From Botryllus schlosseri (taxonomy: Eukaryota): 64,000 nucleotides of DNA. Shown here in pieces: positions 1 to 14,617 of this stretch (the first letter of the stretch is position 1; every line of letters starts with the position of its first letter). Both the position numbers and the translations under genes were made by a program. The DNA lies in contig CM119373.1 of NCBI GenBank assembly GCA_051294905.1, forward strand, positions 3,040,001 through 3,104,000, in the 5' to 3' direction. The notes below the pieces were generated by a model, which had not been told where the DNA came from, ran no database searches, and saw nothing but the letters and a program-made list of their open reading frames with translations.

Positions 1-3000
1 CTGCTTCAGAGACCTACCAATGATATTGCAGTAATACAGTTACTTCCACAAAAGAGTATGTATTCGACTTACTTACCACAAATCTAACGCACAAAACAAT
101 TTACTTTACTAACGAGAAGCACCGAGCCTCACATCAAAACAACTAGAAAGTGGAACTATATTAAAAAACGTCGCTAACCTTTGTGCACCAGCTGTAAATC
201 ACACAAGCAACATGTTTCAAGATTCTGGTTATTGAAAAACGTTAAAGTGTTTCTCCTGCACCAAGTCGTTATGTTGACGAAAGCGTATATTGTAATACCA
301 TGATCGATTTGCATTCGTTGGTCACAAACTGTCACTACTCAAAATAATTATTTTTCACTCAAACACAAAAGCATACTTGTCGCCAATCGTTTTCATCAAG
401 CACGAGTTCAAGAAGCTTACTTACTACGACATGAATTGTTATTTTTATGTTGTGTAAATAGGTAATAATTTATTTTAGTAACACTACATCAACATCATCG
501 AGTTGTGCGAATAGATTTACATGTGGTTTCAATCGAAGTACACAGCACGGTCTAATGTAGATTCATATCTATTGTACAGCAACTCGGTAATCGAAATGCA
601 TTAACATTTAAACAACGATCTTGGTTCGTCACGCGAAAAATATCTTTACTGTCGCAACACTCTGATACTCTGCACAAGATGTGTAAATCGTTTTCACACT
701 CATAATAATACACTAACGGGATACCGATGTCAAGCAACAACGTTTAACAACATCACCGACACTGAACATACGATACCTACCCAAGTAAAAATATCATTTT
801 CACCAGGAGGTCAGTCGTTACTTGTGTACAATTACCATTTTCCCTTGGGAGTTTAGCGTTACCCGAGTAACAAAACCATTTTCACTTGGAAATATATGTT
901 TTCCCTCAACAACAAACGTTTTTCACTTGGAAATATATTTTTTCCCTGGGTAACAAACCCCTTTTCACTTGGAAATATATTTTTGCCCTGGATAACAAAC
1001 CTTTTTCACTTGGAGATATATTTTTTCTCTTGGTAACAAACCTTTTTCACTTGAAATATATTTTTTCCCCGATCAACAAACCATTTCACTGAGCAACAAA
1101 CCCTTTTCTCCCCAGGCAACAATCCCTTTTCGTTTGGAAAACTATCATTTACCTGAGCACCAATACCATTTCACTTGGAAATCTATCTTCTCCCTAGGTA
1201 ATAATACCATTTTCGTTTTGAAAACTGACACACACACCGGACAATTTGATATTTTTTGTATATTGTTACAACAGACAGTGACAAAATATACACCAACAAC
1301 GACTCCGAAACATTTGTGTAATCAAATATTCACTTGCTCTGATGCATCCCATCAAAATCATTGGTTACTCACATACAATAACATTGTGCTGTTGTACATC
1401 GACATGTATGTTTTCGGAATTGGCGAATAAAGGGGTTTCTGATATGTCCGTGATGTCCGGGTTCGTGCTTTGGATTTTCCAGAGTCAAAATGTCTGAATA
1501 AAACACCTCCTGGACGATGGTTGGTATGTGGATAACGGTGTTCGGAAAACGGTTGGAATTATGTCACCCATCGCGATAACAACTCCAGGTCGAGTTTTCC
1601 TCCCGCATGTTTACTATATTGTGTCTTTATTGGTCAATGTATGTATCGACATTCAGTTTGAAATCGGAAACCCTGATAAAGTACGTAACCGGATCCGGAT
1701 ATCAACTGTGAATCGATAAACCAATGAACAATATTCAAAGTAAACATGTTACACCATGTGTTTCCACGAAAAAATACCATCCAGACATACGTCGCGCTTG
1801 TTTGCCCACACCAGTATACGCGCAAATGGAGGTGTGTGACATTGCATGCAATGTGTTGGTATACAAACATCGATCCACAGACATTATCATAGCCGGTAGT
1901 TTTGATGTAGATCGAATGTCACCCGATAACAATACCAATAAGCCACATTGCAATGACTCTGAGTTAATCTGAAGCATGACATACAGACACACAAACATGG
2001 AACCGTAACATGGGTATTCGCACGACTACCTTTGACAGGGAAAGTGAACTGTACAGTACATACCAATATTGTGATCACAGTCAAATATGCCAACCATGCA
2101 CAATCATATACCCAGGTTTATGTTGGATATGTACGAAACCGATAAATCGATACATTTCTTTTCCTTGAACATCAATAATACAATCACCATTCAAATGCAT
2201 CGCTCGAATGTGAGGTTCGTCTGGTGTAAAATCCATATCAAATAACACCAAAGTGTGCCTTCCGTGTTTTATCATTTCCACCGACGCTTCTTGTCTGTGT
2301 CGTAACAGTATGGTGCTGGGACTTGAAAAACGACAGATTGTGAAACGGATTGACATGACCAACTGAATCGATGTGAATAACCTCGCGGTGATGACAGTGT
2401 CAAAATGCTACCGATATGACGAGACCAACCCGATCTCTTGTAGCGATGACCGTTTCGAAATGTCACCGGACGAAATGGACCCTTACGATGATGTGTTTTA
2501 TGATTGTGTGTGAAATCGCGAGGTAGTGTTCTATTGTGGTGTACGATTGCAATCTTCACAGAAACATACCTTATTGGATCACAGTATCAGTCTGAGATTT
2601 GCACGATATTTATCTGGAGTCGTTATGTGGGAGTAGCGACATCGATGCATCGTGACTGAAAAACTGATCGCAATCATTTCGAGCACCGTACTTCGATAGT
2701 TCACATTGGTCAAACGCTGTAGCAGAAAACTTCGGTGTCGACAACACGATGGATATCGATCGATGCATCCAATTGGTCTGGGTGGTCTGTCTGCAGATAG
2801 GGTCATGACTATCTTGTAATGTTACAACGCGATAAAACCATCGACTAAATCAGTGAACGGTGTCGAAATATCGATGTAATAGTACGGACTCAGAGTCATT
2901 GCAATGTGGCTTATTGGTATTGTTATCGGGTGACATTCGATCTACATCAAAACTACCGGCTATGATAATGTCTGTGGATCGATGTTTGTATACAAACACA

Positions 3001-4851
3001 TTGCATGCAATGTCACACACCTCCATTTGCGCGTATACTGGTGTGGGCAAACAAGCGCGACGTATGTCTGGATGGTATTTTTTCGTGGAAACACATGGTG
3101 TAACATGTTTACTTTGAATATTGTTCATTGGTTTATCGATTCACAGTTGATATCCGGATCTGGTTACGTACTTTATCAGGGTTTCCGATTTCAAACTGAA
3201 TGTCGAGACATACATTGACCAATAAAGACACAATATAGTAAACATGCGGGAGGAAAACTCGACCTGGAGTTGTTATCGCGATGGGTGACATAATTCCAAC
3301 CGTTTTCCGAACACCGTTATCCACATACCAACCATCGTCCAGGAGGTGTTTTATTCAGACATTTTGACTCTGGAAAATCCAAAGCACGAACCCGGACATC
3401 ACGGACATATCAGAAACCCCTTTATTCGCCAATTCCGAAAACATACATGTCGATGTACAACAGCACAATGTTATTGTATGTGAGTAACCAATGATTTTGA
3501 TGGGATGCATCAGAGCAAGTGAATATTTGATTACACAAATGTTTCGGAGTCGTTGTTGGTGTATATTTTGTCACTGTCTGTTGTAACAATATACAAAAAA
3601 TATCAAATTGTCCGGTGTGTGTGTCAGTTTTCAAAACGAAAATGGTATTATTACCTAGGGAGAAGATAGATTTCCAAGTGAAATGGTATTGGTGCTCAGG
3701 TAAATGATAGTTTTCCAAACGAAAAGGGATTGTTGCCTGGGGAGAAAAGGGTTTGTTGCTCAGTGAAATGGTTTGTTGATCGGGGAAAAAATATATTTCA
3801 AGTGAAAAAGGTTTGTTACCAAGAGAAAAAATATATCTCCAAGTGAAAAAGGTTTGTTATCCAGGGCAAAAATATATTTCCAAGTGAAAAGGGGTTTGTT
3901 ACCCAGGGAAAAAATATATTTCCAAGTGAAAAACGTTTGTTGTTGAGGGAAAACATATATTTCCAAGTGAAAATGGTTTTGTTACTCGGGTAACGCTAAA
4001 CTCCCAAGGGAAAATGGTAATTGTACACAAGTAACGACTGACCTCCTGGTGAAAATGATATTTTTACTTGGGTAGGTATCGTATGTTCAGTGTCGGTGAT
4101 GTTGTTAAACGTTGTTGCTTGACATCGGTATCCCGTTAGTGTATTATTATGAGTGTGAAAACGATTTACACATCTTGTGCAGAGTATCAGAGTGTTGCGA
4201 CAGTAAAGATATTTTTCGCGTGACGAACCAAGATCGTTGTTTAAATGTTAATGCATTTCGATTACCGAGTTGCTGTACAATAGAGATGAATCTACATTAG
4301 ACCGTGCTGTGTACTTCGATTGAAACCACATGTAAATCTATTCGCACAACTCGATGATGTTGATGTAGTGTTACTAAAATAAATTATTACCTATTTACAC
4401 AACATAAAAATAACAATTCATGTCGTAGTAAGTAAGCTTCTTGAACTCGTGCTTGATGAAAACGATTGGCGACAAGTATGCTTTTGTGTTTGAGTGAAAA
4501 ATAATTATTTTGAGTAGTGACAGTTTGTGACCAACGAATGCAAATCGATCATGGTATTACAATATACGCTTTCGTCAACATAACGACTTGGTGCAGGAGA
4601 AACACTTTAACGTTTTTCAATAACCAGAATCTTGAAACATGTTGCTTGTGTGATTTACAGCTGGTGCACAAAGGTTAGCGACGTTTTTTAATATAGTTCC
4701 ACTTTCTAGTTGTTTTGATGTGAGGCTCGGTGCTTCTCGTTAGTAAAGTAAATTGTTTTGTGCGTTAGATTTGTGGTAAGTAAGTCGAATACATACTCTT
4801 TTGTGGAAGTAACTGTATTACTGCAATATCATTGGTAGGTCTCTGAAGCAG
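1..4851. repeat. Giant inverted repeat (palindrome 1): arms 1-1964 and 2888-4851, 923-bp unique spacer 1965-2887; left arm truncated by the window edge
   Basis: Base 1 (ctgcttcagagacctacc) is the reverse complement of the sequence ending at 4851, and paired coordinates sum to 4852 throughout. Mirror ORFs are identical (886..1092+/3760..3966-, 1134..1430+/3422..3718-). Pairing ends at ...caatgactctgagt (1964) / actcagagtcattg (2888). About 4 substitutions seen. Confidence 0.97.
875..1215 (+). repeat. ~42-bp minisatellite in the palindrome 1 arm (mirror at ~3637-3977)
   Basis: Repeated ttttcacttggaaatatattttt...aacaaacc. Confidence 0.9.
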
Positions 4852-7800
4852 TCACCGTGGTTTTAATTTTGAAAGATGTCGCGATGTCGGTATAATGTTT
4901 TCTAAAAGTCAAACTCGGACGGATATCATGGCTATGTCGGACTTACGATAAACATTATACTTATACAACTTTGTTACATGAACTATGATATTTCTGTAAG
5001 TGCTATAGTCGTGTGTTGGATTATTTGAATATTTAGATACGTAACCATTCTTATGAAAAAGTTCTTGTGACATCAGAACAGTTTGTAGAGTCAAACCAAC
5101 CATTCAGTTTCGTAGTGTGAGGATATCGAGTAAAGTCGATTACTTTGTGTGATGTAAATATCCTTCGTACTTTTGTAAGAGTTGTGAGGATGATCATTCG
5201 TATCCTACGAAGTAGCTAGTTGATACTACAAAATATTGAATGATCGCTAACACACTGAGTTCATAACCCAAGATAGTGAAAATTGTGTACTCTTAGACTA
5301 ACATAATTCGTATCCAGCAAAACGATAGACACCAAAGGTTCGATGGAGTTTAAATCTAGATTGTATTAAGCGAAGTGATGAGTATCTCCAGTAATAAAGT
5401 CGAAACGACCAAAACAAATTTTCTGTGTCTTGTAAATAACTATTTGGTATGATATTACTTGAGTGTGTGACAATTCGTATCCGTCGAGGTTGAATGTTTA
5501 GCCATATCGAAATGAATCCAGATCACATGAAGTATACATTAATCACAATAGAATCGACGAGAATGTTAACCACGTAGAGTGTGTTTGTTTAAAAGTTATC
5601 TCCAATACGGTTACTTCGATCGGTATTAATTCCATGTCATACAAAAACATGTAACCTTTGTACAGTTTCGTAGTACGGGAATATCGAGTGAAGTTGATCA
5701 TTTTTGTGTGACGAAAATATCTTGTATTGATATTGGACACTGGTTTCGTTACCCAAGTGAGTGAAAATTGTTCTTGGCTGGACAGATATGATTAGTATTT
5801 AGAAAAAACGACTCACACCGATTAAGCGACGCTGTTTCCTATCCAATGACTGAGTGAAATTTCTCAGGGGTTTGATTTACCGAGTTAATTGTCGGCGATT
5901 CAATCACATACAAGTATATGGTCTTTTAGTGACTGATTATTGTGACGACATTTACTTTGACGAATGGCAATGGAAAAATGTCCAATTTCTCTGATCGTTT
6001 GCGTTGCACAAATATTTCTAGTATGTAATCAGTGAACGTCATGTAAATTGACAACGACTCTCAGTAGTTTGGTTAGATGATGGAGGTTCAAATCGATATC
6101 GCTACTACGAACAGCAATACAAACACATTTTTGTAGATTTCAGTGCAGCGCACATTTCGATTTTATTAATGCTGAGAGGTTTCTGTATTACTCAAGTATA
6201 GTTGAATAGGTGGTGCCTGGCAAACATATTCCAATTAACTTTTGTAATGATCAAAGTGAGTGTGAAATGATGCGAACGGATTAAGCATTAATCAAATGGT
6301 GGTATGTCAATTCACCTAGTGCGATATCTTGACACCAGGTAATGCGCGAAAGTGTTTCAATTCTCACCGACAATAAAGTATTGCACCGGTTATTGTTCAA
6401 CAAAGGAAATTGTTGTTTCATCTTTAGTCTTGTTTACTGCAGACAATTACATTTGTAAAATATTTCCTGATATCCACAATACTCTGCGTGGTTTGTACCA
6501 AGGCTGAATAATTTTCCAATCGAGAACATTTTAGACACACATAGTTTACAACTCAATATGTTAATAACAATGGTACTGAAAAGTTTGTTGCTGTCACAAT
6601 AATCTTTACCACAACGCCAGGTCTAATTAACGCAAATAATTTAATAGTCAAGTCATGATCAACTATTACATATGTCAAATCAATGTCTCAATCCTTATGT
6701 TTACATCATGATAATTTTCAATATAACACCTGCGTTCGATTGTAAGAAATGAATTCTCAACATGTTGGGCAGACATTCAAATCTCGCATACTCAAACATA
6801 TTATGTTAATCTCAAGTCGCGGGCACCGAGAAGTAATTACTTTTATCTTACAAAATATACCGCATAGTAATTTCTTTGTCTTACAGAATAGTAACGACTT
6901 TTCAAGTTGAATAAAAAAGACATGTAGGGATATGAATACAACCAGGCTTGTTATGGATTTTAGGTTTTAGTGCTTGTATGGATTCGTGTATGTTTGGCTG
7001 TTTTTCATATTGATACTGTTGAGTTGGTCGGTTAACGGATTTACTTGACAATGTTTTCGTGGTTGATTCTTTGAATATGGTAAGATGGTCAGATGTCGAG
7101 TCGTAATACTATTTCCGTTAACTCAATTACAACAAAACATAACCAGCATTCAAATAATCCGTAAGCTACAAGTGGATTTAAAACTTGATGCTGTTTTGTG
7201 GTTAACTCAAGTCAGTGGTCATATTTGTGTTGATTTCAGGAATGATCATGACGAGTTGGTCGGGTAAATTAGTGGTAGTAACTATGACCGTACAGAGTTG
7301 CTGACATTCAAACATCTTTTACGCTGTAATATACGTATTTTATTGTGATAAATTATTTCTCAGTTATTGTTCAGACATTCAAATCTCGTATACTCAAAAT
7401 ATAATATGTTTATGTCAAGTCATTTATGTGTCGATTAGTAAATAGCTTACTTTGTCTTCAGAATAGTAACGACCTTTACAATAGAATAAAAAAGACCGAT
7501 CATATGAATACAACCAGAATGAATTAATTCAAATTTGTGAGTTGCAGTGGTATAATCAAGTAAGTGAAAACTAGATTTTGAACACTTGTTAATGTTGTAA
7601 ATAATTCTTTTGAGTATGGTAAGATGTTTAAAATGTCGCTTTGACAAACGAAAAGTCGGATCGCGAATAGAGTTGCAATGTTCCATTACTTGTTTCGAAT
7701 CAATGTGCGTATAATATCAATATGGGACTGTGGGAAAGTTGATAGCCATGTTTGTCAATCCTATTTCAATTCACACTACACCAAAGTCAAAATATTTCGT

Positions 7801-7899
7801 TTCGGATTATCTCAATTTACCTAGTACATCCCGCGAATGGATTCCGACCCATGCTATAACTAGATCGCTATGTCTGATGCATTATCCCGTCAGCGACGT

Positions 7900-9060
7900 A
7901 GGGCTTTACAATTATTTCACACCTTTTCGAATAAGCGTCAACTTCGCAAAGGATTAGGGTGGGATCAGAAATAAGTGAGAATTTGTCGGTATTCGAATCA
8001 TCGTCTGTGACGGCTCTGTTATCCGTTACTTATTAAATTTTACCAGTGAAATCCAGTTCCTGTGACATACCGATTATTAAAATATTACATTGTGGCGATT
8101 GGAATGTATGTAACAACAAGTTGGTGAGGGCTGGCTATGTCTTAGGTGTTATCTCGTGAGTGATCGTGGGATTTGCAACCTATTTCGCACCTTTTTGAAG
8201 GGTTAGTTTGTGAACGCGGCTATTGTTGGTATCGCCGTCTACGCGGGTTCTGTGGTAAACTAATTACCAAAATATTACATTGTCAACGATCGGCATGTAT
8301 GTAACAGCGAGTCGCGAGCGATGGTTATGTCTTAGGTATTATCTTGTGAGTGATCGCTGGATTTTACCAATATTTCACACCTTTTTGAAGTGTTAGTTTG
8401 CGAACGCGACTATTGTTGATATTCGAATCACCGTCTACGCCGGCTCTGGGGTAATCTAATTACTCAAACATTACCATGAGAGTAATTCCTAGACTTAGCA
8501 AACTATTTCACACCTTTTTTGCTGAAAGTACGACATGCCGCCCGCAGTCTATAAACGAAAGTACGAATCATCGCCGCGTCCATAAGAATAACGATATATC
8601 ATTGTCGTACTCGCCGTAATTTGGAATATACACATTAACTAAGGACCAATCACATGACTATTTACTTGATACATATTCAACACCGGGTGAGAGATGCCTA
8701 TACCCGAAAGTACGATATGCCGACGCACCCATAAGAACACATTGCGAATCACCACCACTGCCTATACGCGAAATACGACACGCGAAAGTACGACGTGCGA
8801 CAGATGCCTATACCTAAAAGTACGATGTGCCAACACGAGTTTTCAATACGATATGCGACAGATGCCTATACCTAAAAGTACGATGTGCCAACACGAGTTT
8901 TCAATACGATATGCGACAGATGCCTATACCTGAAAGTACGATGTGCGAGCGCACCCATAAGAACGCATTACGATGTGCGACCGAGAGGGGGGGGTCCAAA
9001 AGTACGATGTGCCACCACGAGTTTTCCATACGATGTGCGACCGCACCCATAAGAGCCCCA
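7900..9060 (+). repeat. Degenerate tandem arrays (~175-bp unit, then aaagtacgatgtgc-based units including near-exact 59-bp copies)
   Basis: tatttcacaccttttt recurs at ~7913, 8181, 8371 and 8504; gcgacagatgcctatacctaaaagtacgatgtgc occurs three times across 8796-8946. Confidence 0.85.
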
Positions 9061-9253
9061 TAGCCCGTCACGAGCGATCTATACTACTACTCAGGAGTCA
9101 ACATCTTAGTAGTACTTGTTATGACTAGTCGACGTCTCACCCATATTACACTTTTTATTCACAATTGAATGAAGGCGAAAAGCGCTATTTACAAAAGGCA
9201 TTAAAAAAGTACGTTGCAGATCAGTGTTGCATTGTCAGGCACAAGTTGCAGAT

Positions 9254-11026
9254 TACAGGCTTTTGATTAGAGTTGACTTCCTGCTGTCTCCAACTGTCTT
9301 CCTATGCTGTTCCACAGCTTGAAGCAGACTGTCTCTTTGTTGTTCATTGTCAGTCAAGATTGCAGCATAGTCTGTGCTTAGCTTTACACCTCGTTATGCG
9401 GCATCATTAACGACTTTGACAGAACTGATGTAGGAGCTCATTCTGGTGTAGGAATCTGATAAGTGCCAAACATCAACCGGTTGAGCTAGCCACGCCCCAG
9501 AGCATTCAAAAACATCAAATATGTACCACGAGTGTGGCCCAATAAAATCAGACAAAGTAGTGTCCTTGTTGATGTGTACAGTTGCATTCAACGAGGGCGG
9601 GCCTCTCCTGAAACTTGAAGTTCGCTCTACCTGCAGGAGCGTCTTTGCCATATTTTCTCGGGTTTCATTGCTTTCACTCGGCGAAAACCAGGCATGTACA
9701 GCGGTTTCCTCCACGATATACCAGTCATGCTTCAAAAGCTTCTGTGAAGCAGCTTTGGAAACTTGTTCATCATGTTCCTTGTAACTCAACATGTCCTGGA
9801 TGAATTTCAAGTCATTACCGGCTGCATCACGACCGATGCTGGAAGCAACCCAGGCGGGGATATAAAAGAGAACTAAAAATAAATTGAAGCGATACAGCAG
9901 TTCCACTTCTTCAGATTTGTAATGTAACTGATCAGCCCACATGAACATCTTCTGAGCGTACAGAATTGTGCCCATCCACCTTGCATGGTGTGTTGCACCA
10001 GGTTTGTGATGATGTATATCTCCATCTGCACCGAGAAGAGCAAGAGCATTAGTCACACATTGTTTGTAGTCATCCCGTGTGAAGAAATCTTTTCTGGCGA
10101 GTAGTAGCTTGAAGTTCTCAACCGTCATTGCTGCTCATTCTTTAAAGCATATAGGAATAGTCAGACTCTTGAATTGCTGTTTTCTGTCAAGACTGCTCCA
10201 GCTCTTCTTAAGGTGGGCAAACCATGTGTTCTCTGGTCCGGTTGTTGCTTTTCCAAATAAACATTTCCAGACGTCTTTGACTACTAGCTCATACACATGG
10301 TGCTGACACGCATGGTAAAAAACCTTCTTTCCTAGAAGGTCCTCAAGGACCTTCGCTGCACCCTTCTTCCAGCCGCTGTTGCTTGCTGTGGTGCCATAAA
10401 CCAAAGCTGTTACAGCATCCTGTACAGCAACTTAAGTCGTGTGAAACGCTTTCAACAGTTTGATCTGCAATGGCTGCTGTTTTCTTTTTGAGGTCTTTAG
10501 CCAGAATTTTGTCTCTTCCCAACATTATCGACTGGCGAGATTGCCGTTGATCTTCATAAAATGCAATGTCTTCAAGCTTTCTTTCATGTGATAGATAAAT
10601 GTCATTTTCTATTGTTGTTATGGCATCTCTACTTCCAATATCCCACAGCTTGTCCAAATTATCAGGGAATTTTCCCCTCTTACCCTTGGGATCACTTTCC
10701 TGTTTCGGATTCTTCTTCAGATCACGCCATCTTTCGTGCAGGTTTTGAAGTGATCGCACCACATGTGATTTCTGCATTGTCGCAATTCTCGCCGTTTTCC
10801 ACACTGTCATTACATCATCCACCACCACAGTACATAGTTCATGAGTAGGGGTTGACTGAGGACAATGCTATTTCAGATGCAGCAAGTAACTCATTACTTC
10901 TCGTATAGTAGATAATCTCGAGCCACAGATGTAATCGCAAGTATATCCGACCAAGTACTGCTCAGATTTGGATCTTGTTCTTCGCTGCGGCATGTGTGCA
11001 ATCTTTCGCCGTTTTGCCGCTGCCAT
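9254..11026 (-). pseudogene. Decayed DDE DNA transposase (tentatively hATm-like)
   Basis: Consecutive minus-strand ORF fragments (10343..10828, 10135..10404, 9394..10128) with motifs YGTTASNSG, ACQHHVYEL (CxxH), PGATHHARWM and VVNDAA*RGVKL. The presumed catalytic Glu codon is a TAA stop; frameshifts and a probable internal deletion. The subfamily assignment is from memory and needs a database check. Confidence 0.75.
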
Positions 11027-11595
11027 GACTGCACTATTGTTGCTTCAAATCATAAACTACTGCTATCGACTCTAAAGCATTCAAAGAACACGTGTTACAG
11101 TACTACTAATGACTCATCAACCCACAACGCGCTTGTACAGAACCACAACCGCTACTAACAGACTCTACCTCAGCCAACAGACTTTCAATTTAGTAAAGCG
11201 AAGCTCCCGAATCCGAGTCAGCTGTTGCAGTAATCAGTGAAGCTTAGCCGATTACCCAATCAAGAACCGTGGTATTAGGCCTCTGCCATACATCATTATT
11301 CATCACACATTCATATCAAGCTATTCAGCTATTGGATGCATCATGGCATCGAATAAATAGGGTAGCCTTCTTGCCACGAGTTTACCCCCACACATCTCTT
11401 ATCCAAAACATTATGCTATACAAGCACCTGCGTCCTACAGCTCTAGCAGCGGAGTATTAGACTCGCAGGAAATGCGACCCCTACCTGGGTTTAGAAACCA
11501 ATGATTGCAAGTTACTTTACAAAACTATACTTTGTCAATATCCCAATAACAGTAACCAACTAACGCCGTAGCGCAAAAGAATAAAATCGATCTAC

Positions 11596-11985
11596 CTAAA
11601 TTTTTTCTAGTCCGTGTGATGCATTAATCAGCGATTTCAGATCTCTGGGTTTCATGCCCGGAACTGCCTCGGCATAAAAGTTATTTAACTTCTGAGTAAT
11701 CGGAACCTCAAAACGGTCCAACAAAACTTTTTTAAGCAAATCGTAGCAATTAGGATCATGTGGGCTAGGAATACTCGCGTCAATAGCGGCTAAGTGTGCG
11801 TCATTCAAGTTCCTCAGCAAGATTAGATATTTAGCTTTCTGCGACCGCACCTTTTCGCCTTCAAGTTGACATTCTAACGTCATGAAATACCGTGCCGGAG
11901 CATTCTCGTTAAAAGGCCGATTGATAGTAATCTCGCGAGAAGTGAATCTATCCAGAGGTTCACTGTCACTACTTTCCACTTCCAT
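11596..11985 (-). pseudogene. Ty3/Gypsy-like gag N-terminal remnant
   Basis: 129-aa ORF with PFNENAPARYFMTLECQL...KAKYLILL...YDLLKKVLLDRF, a pattern typical of retrotransposon gag N-termini; no pol or LTR seen. Confidence 0.55.
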
Positions 11986-12565
11986 TTATGACAGTGAATA
12001 GCAATTGCTCATGCGAGAATTGAAAATGATTACCTTTTCCGTTGCCCGTACACGCAAATGTCGTACTGCACACAGACGAAGATTCAGCCGCAAAAACAGC
12101 TCAGATTCTAGCCCGAATTATTGGCTATATCACTGAGAAAACAAAATTACAGTAAGCCACCTGGAATTTACACCGAAATACTAGAATTCATCTACTTTTA
12201 ATTTACTTATTTAATCGGAAATGGAATATTCATACCACAATACACATTTACAACATATCTCGACTCGCTGACATGACTCAAAGAATGAATTCTGATATTT
12301 ATGCAATTCACTACACACTCCACCGTTTCTGAAACCGAAATAAAATGCAAAGCCCCCTCCGGGAATGCTACTTAACTTCAAAATATGTTACAATTCTCCG
12401 TATCTTCTGCGCAGGCGCTCTTCGTTGTCAATTCTTCTTGCGAGAACGTCGCGATTACTTTTGATGTCCGTCCTCGTCACTGATTGTTGATTGTACGTTC
12501 CCACCGTCGCCGTTTTGCAAGGCGAATCTTTATATTGATCGTTTCCGTGGTCCGTTGCTGTATTG

Positions 12566-14617
12566 CAGGGTTGTAATGACTCGAGTCATGACTCGACTCG
12601 AGTCAGACTCGAGTCACGATTTTTTTATGACTCGACTTGACTCGAGTCATTTTCTTGAAATGGGAAAATGACTCGACTCGACTCGAGTCAATATTTGGAT
12701 TGACTCGACTTGTACTCGAGTCATTACGCATGACTCGACCCAAGTCATTGACTCGGCTTATTTTATATGACTTGAAGATGAAGAAATTTGCGAATCATAA
12801 TGGCTAGATCAACGCATCCGACGAATTCTGCCGACATCGCTATTTGTCACCACTGCTTTCGTTGCACTTGTCTGATATCAGATATGCCGCCGTAAAAACA
12901 ACAGAAAATGATACATAGCAACAATGCATTGTACAAAATCGTCCAGTGATGAAGAGGTAATAGATCCTCCGCAATTAAAGTACTCAAGACTTTTCAATTA
13001 TACAAGCAAACAATTGAATCAAAGTTCAATTGGAGCCAATGAAATGACTCAGATGGCGAAGAGACTGATAAGCTCATGTGTAGATTTGAAGGCGATGATT
13101 CTTTGGATTTTTGGGCGACTAGAAAGAATGAGTATTCAATGCTCTTCGGTGTGGTTCAAAAATGCTTGTCAATTCCTGCATCTAGTGCACTAGTGGAACG
13201 TGTACTCAGTAGATGTGGATTCATTCTACGGCCATGCCGCTTTAACATATTTGAGGATCTCCTTTCCACATTAGTATTTATGAGGTGTAACTCATTGATT
13301 TGATCTGCTGTCTGTGAAAACACACAATGCCCCTCGTCCATTTGACGTTTTGTTAGGTATGTGCATTGTGCACGTGAGTAATAATGAATGGCTAATGTTG
13401 TGTGATGTTTGTACAATATGGCTGTTCTAAAATAACTTCTTTTTTATTTTACTGGGTGGTTACATGATAAAATTGCTATGTTGCATAAAAGGAACACTGA
13501 GTCTGGCTTAATTTGAAAAAAGTGGAGTCAATGATGTGAGAGGAGAATATTTCGGATTTGAAAATAAATGGAGTATTTTAGTGAGAAATTCTTTCATATA
13601 ATATAATTACATAGTAGTAAGCCGACTATTTTTTCATATCCAAAACATTCTACTCTAATAACTTCACTTTTTCTAGTTGTAAATGAGTCAAATTTGCTAT
13701 GAATCATATTTTTACACAATGTAACAATATCATGAGATAGCCGGTAAAATTCGAAAATCTCTATTTGTAATTAGTCTAAAATTATCTTTCATAGCATTGC
13801 TTTCTACTGGTTGGAATTGAGCCAAATTTGATTTTTAGGCAATATAGCAATTTTAAGAAGTAGCCGGAAAATTTGAAACAATGTTTTTGAACAGCCCCAT
13901 TGTACAATTATTTCTCCAATGCTGTAACTGCGATGTAGTCTGTAATGCAATTGGGAAAACCTTTAGTATAATCAAAAGGTATCTGTTCTGTTGTCACTGC
14001 ACAATGCACATAGTTGCATGCACTCTTTTACAGCATGCTGGCCTGTTGTAAATACCTCTACAGAAACATGCATCTATTGATTCTCTATCAACTAGTATCT
14101 TGACGTGAATTTGTTGGTTCTCTATCAGATAGTATGTAGACGTGAATTCATTGGTTCTCTATCAGCTGTTCGTGAGCTATCGTCGATGTGTTCATAATAA
14201 AAACTGAATGCTTGTATTGGTGATGTATCAGACTGACAAGAGAGATATTTGATTTCAAGTTCTAAGATTAGTAAAGTTATCTTTAGCATCGGTAAATGAG
14301 GCCAGGACCAGTCCGTTATCTGACTAAATAAACACGTGCCAAGACTCTGATAGGGACAAAATGAGCATGTTTCGCAAACAGGGAATTCGATATCACCCAT
14401 GCAGGATTGAAAACATGAGTTGAACATGACTTCAATACTGTGACTTGGACTCGACTCGAGTCATAACACCATGACTCGGACTTGACCCTTTAAACGGTGA
14501 CTTGGACTCGGACTCGAGTCTGTGATGTATTGAAAATGACTCGACTCGACTCGAGTCAAAACCACAAAAGTATGATTGACTCGTGACTCGGAACCATGTG
14601 ACTTGGTTACAACCCTG
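12566..14617 (+). mobile_element. Non-autonomous hAT element with a remnant of the C-terminal dimerisation domain
   Basis: TIRs CAGGGTTGTAA / TTACAACCCTG, perfect 8-bp TSD CTGTATTG, subterminal GACTCGAGTC arrays; 13076..13303 encodes LDFW...LSIPASSALVERVLS...LVFMRCN. Confidence 0.93.

Noticed and set aside
552..4300. Paired short ORFs in the palindrome 1 arms
   Set aside because: No protein motifs; their duplication simply reflects the inverted repeat, and some translate minisatellite sequence.
9060..9090. Possible Helitron 3' end (gcccgtcacgagc followed by ctatact)
   Set aside because: Hairpin is imperfect, the terminus is not CTRR, and no 5' end was identified.
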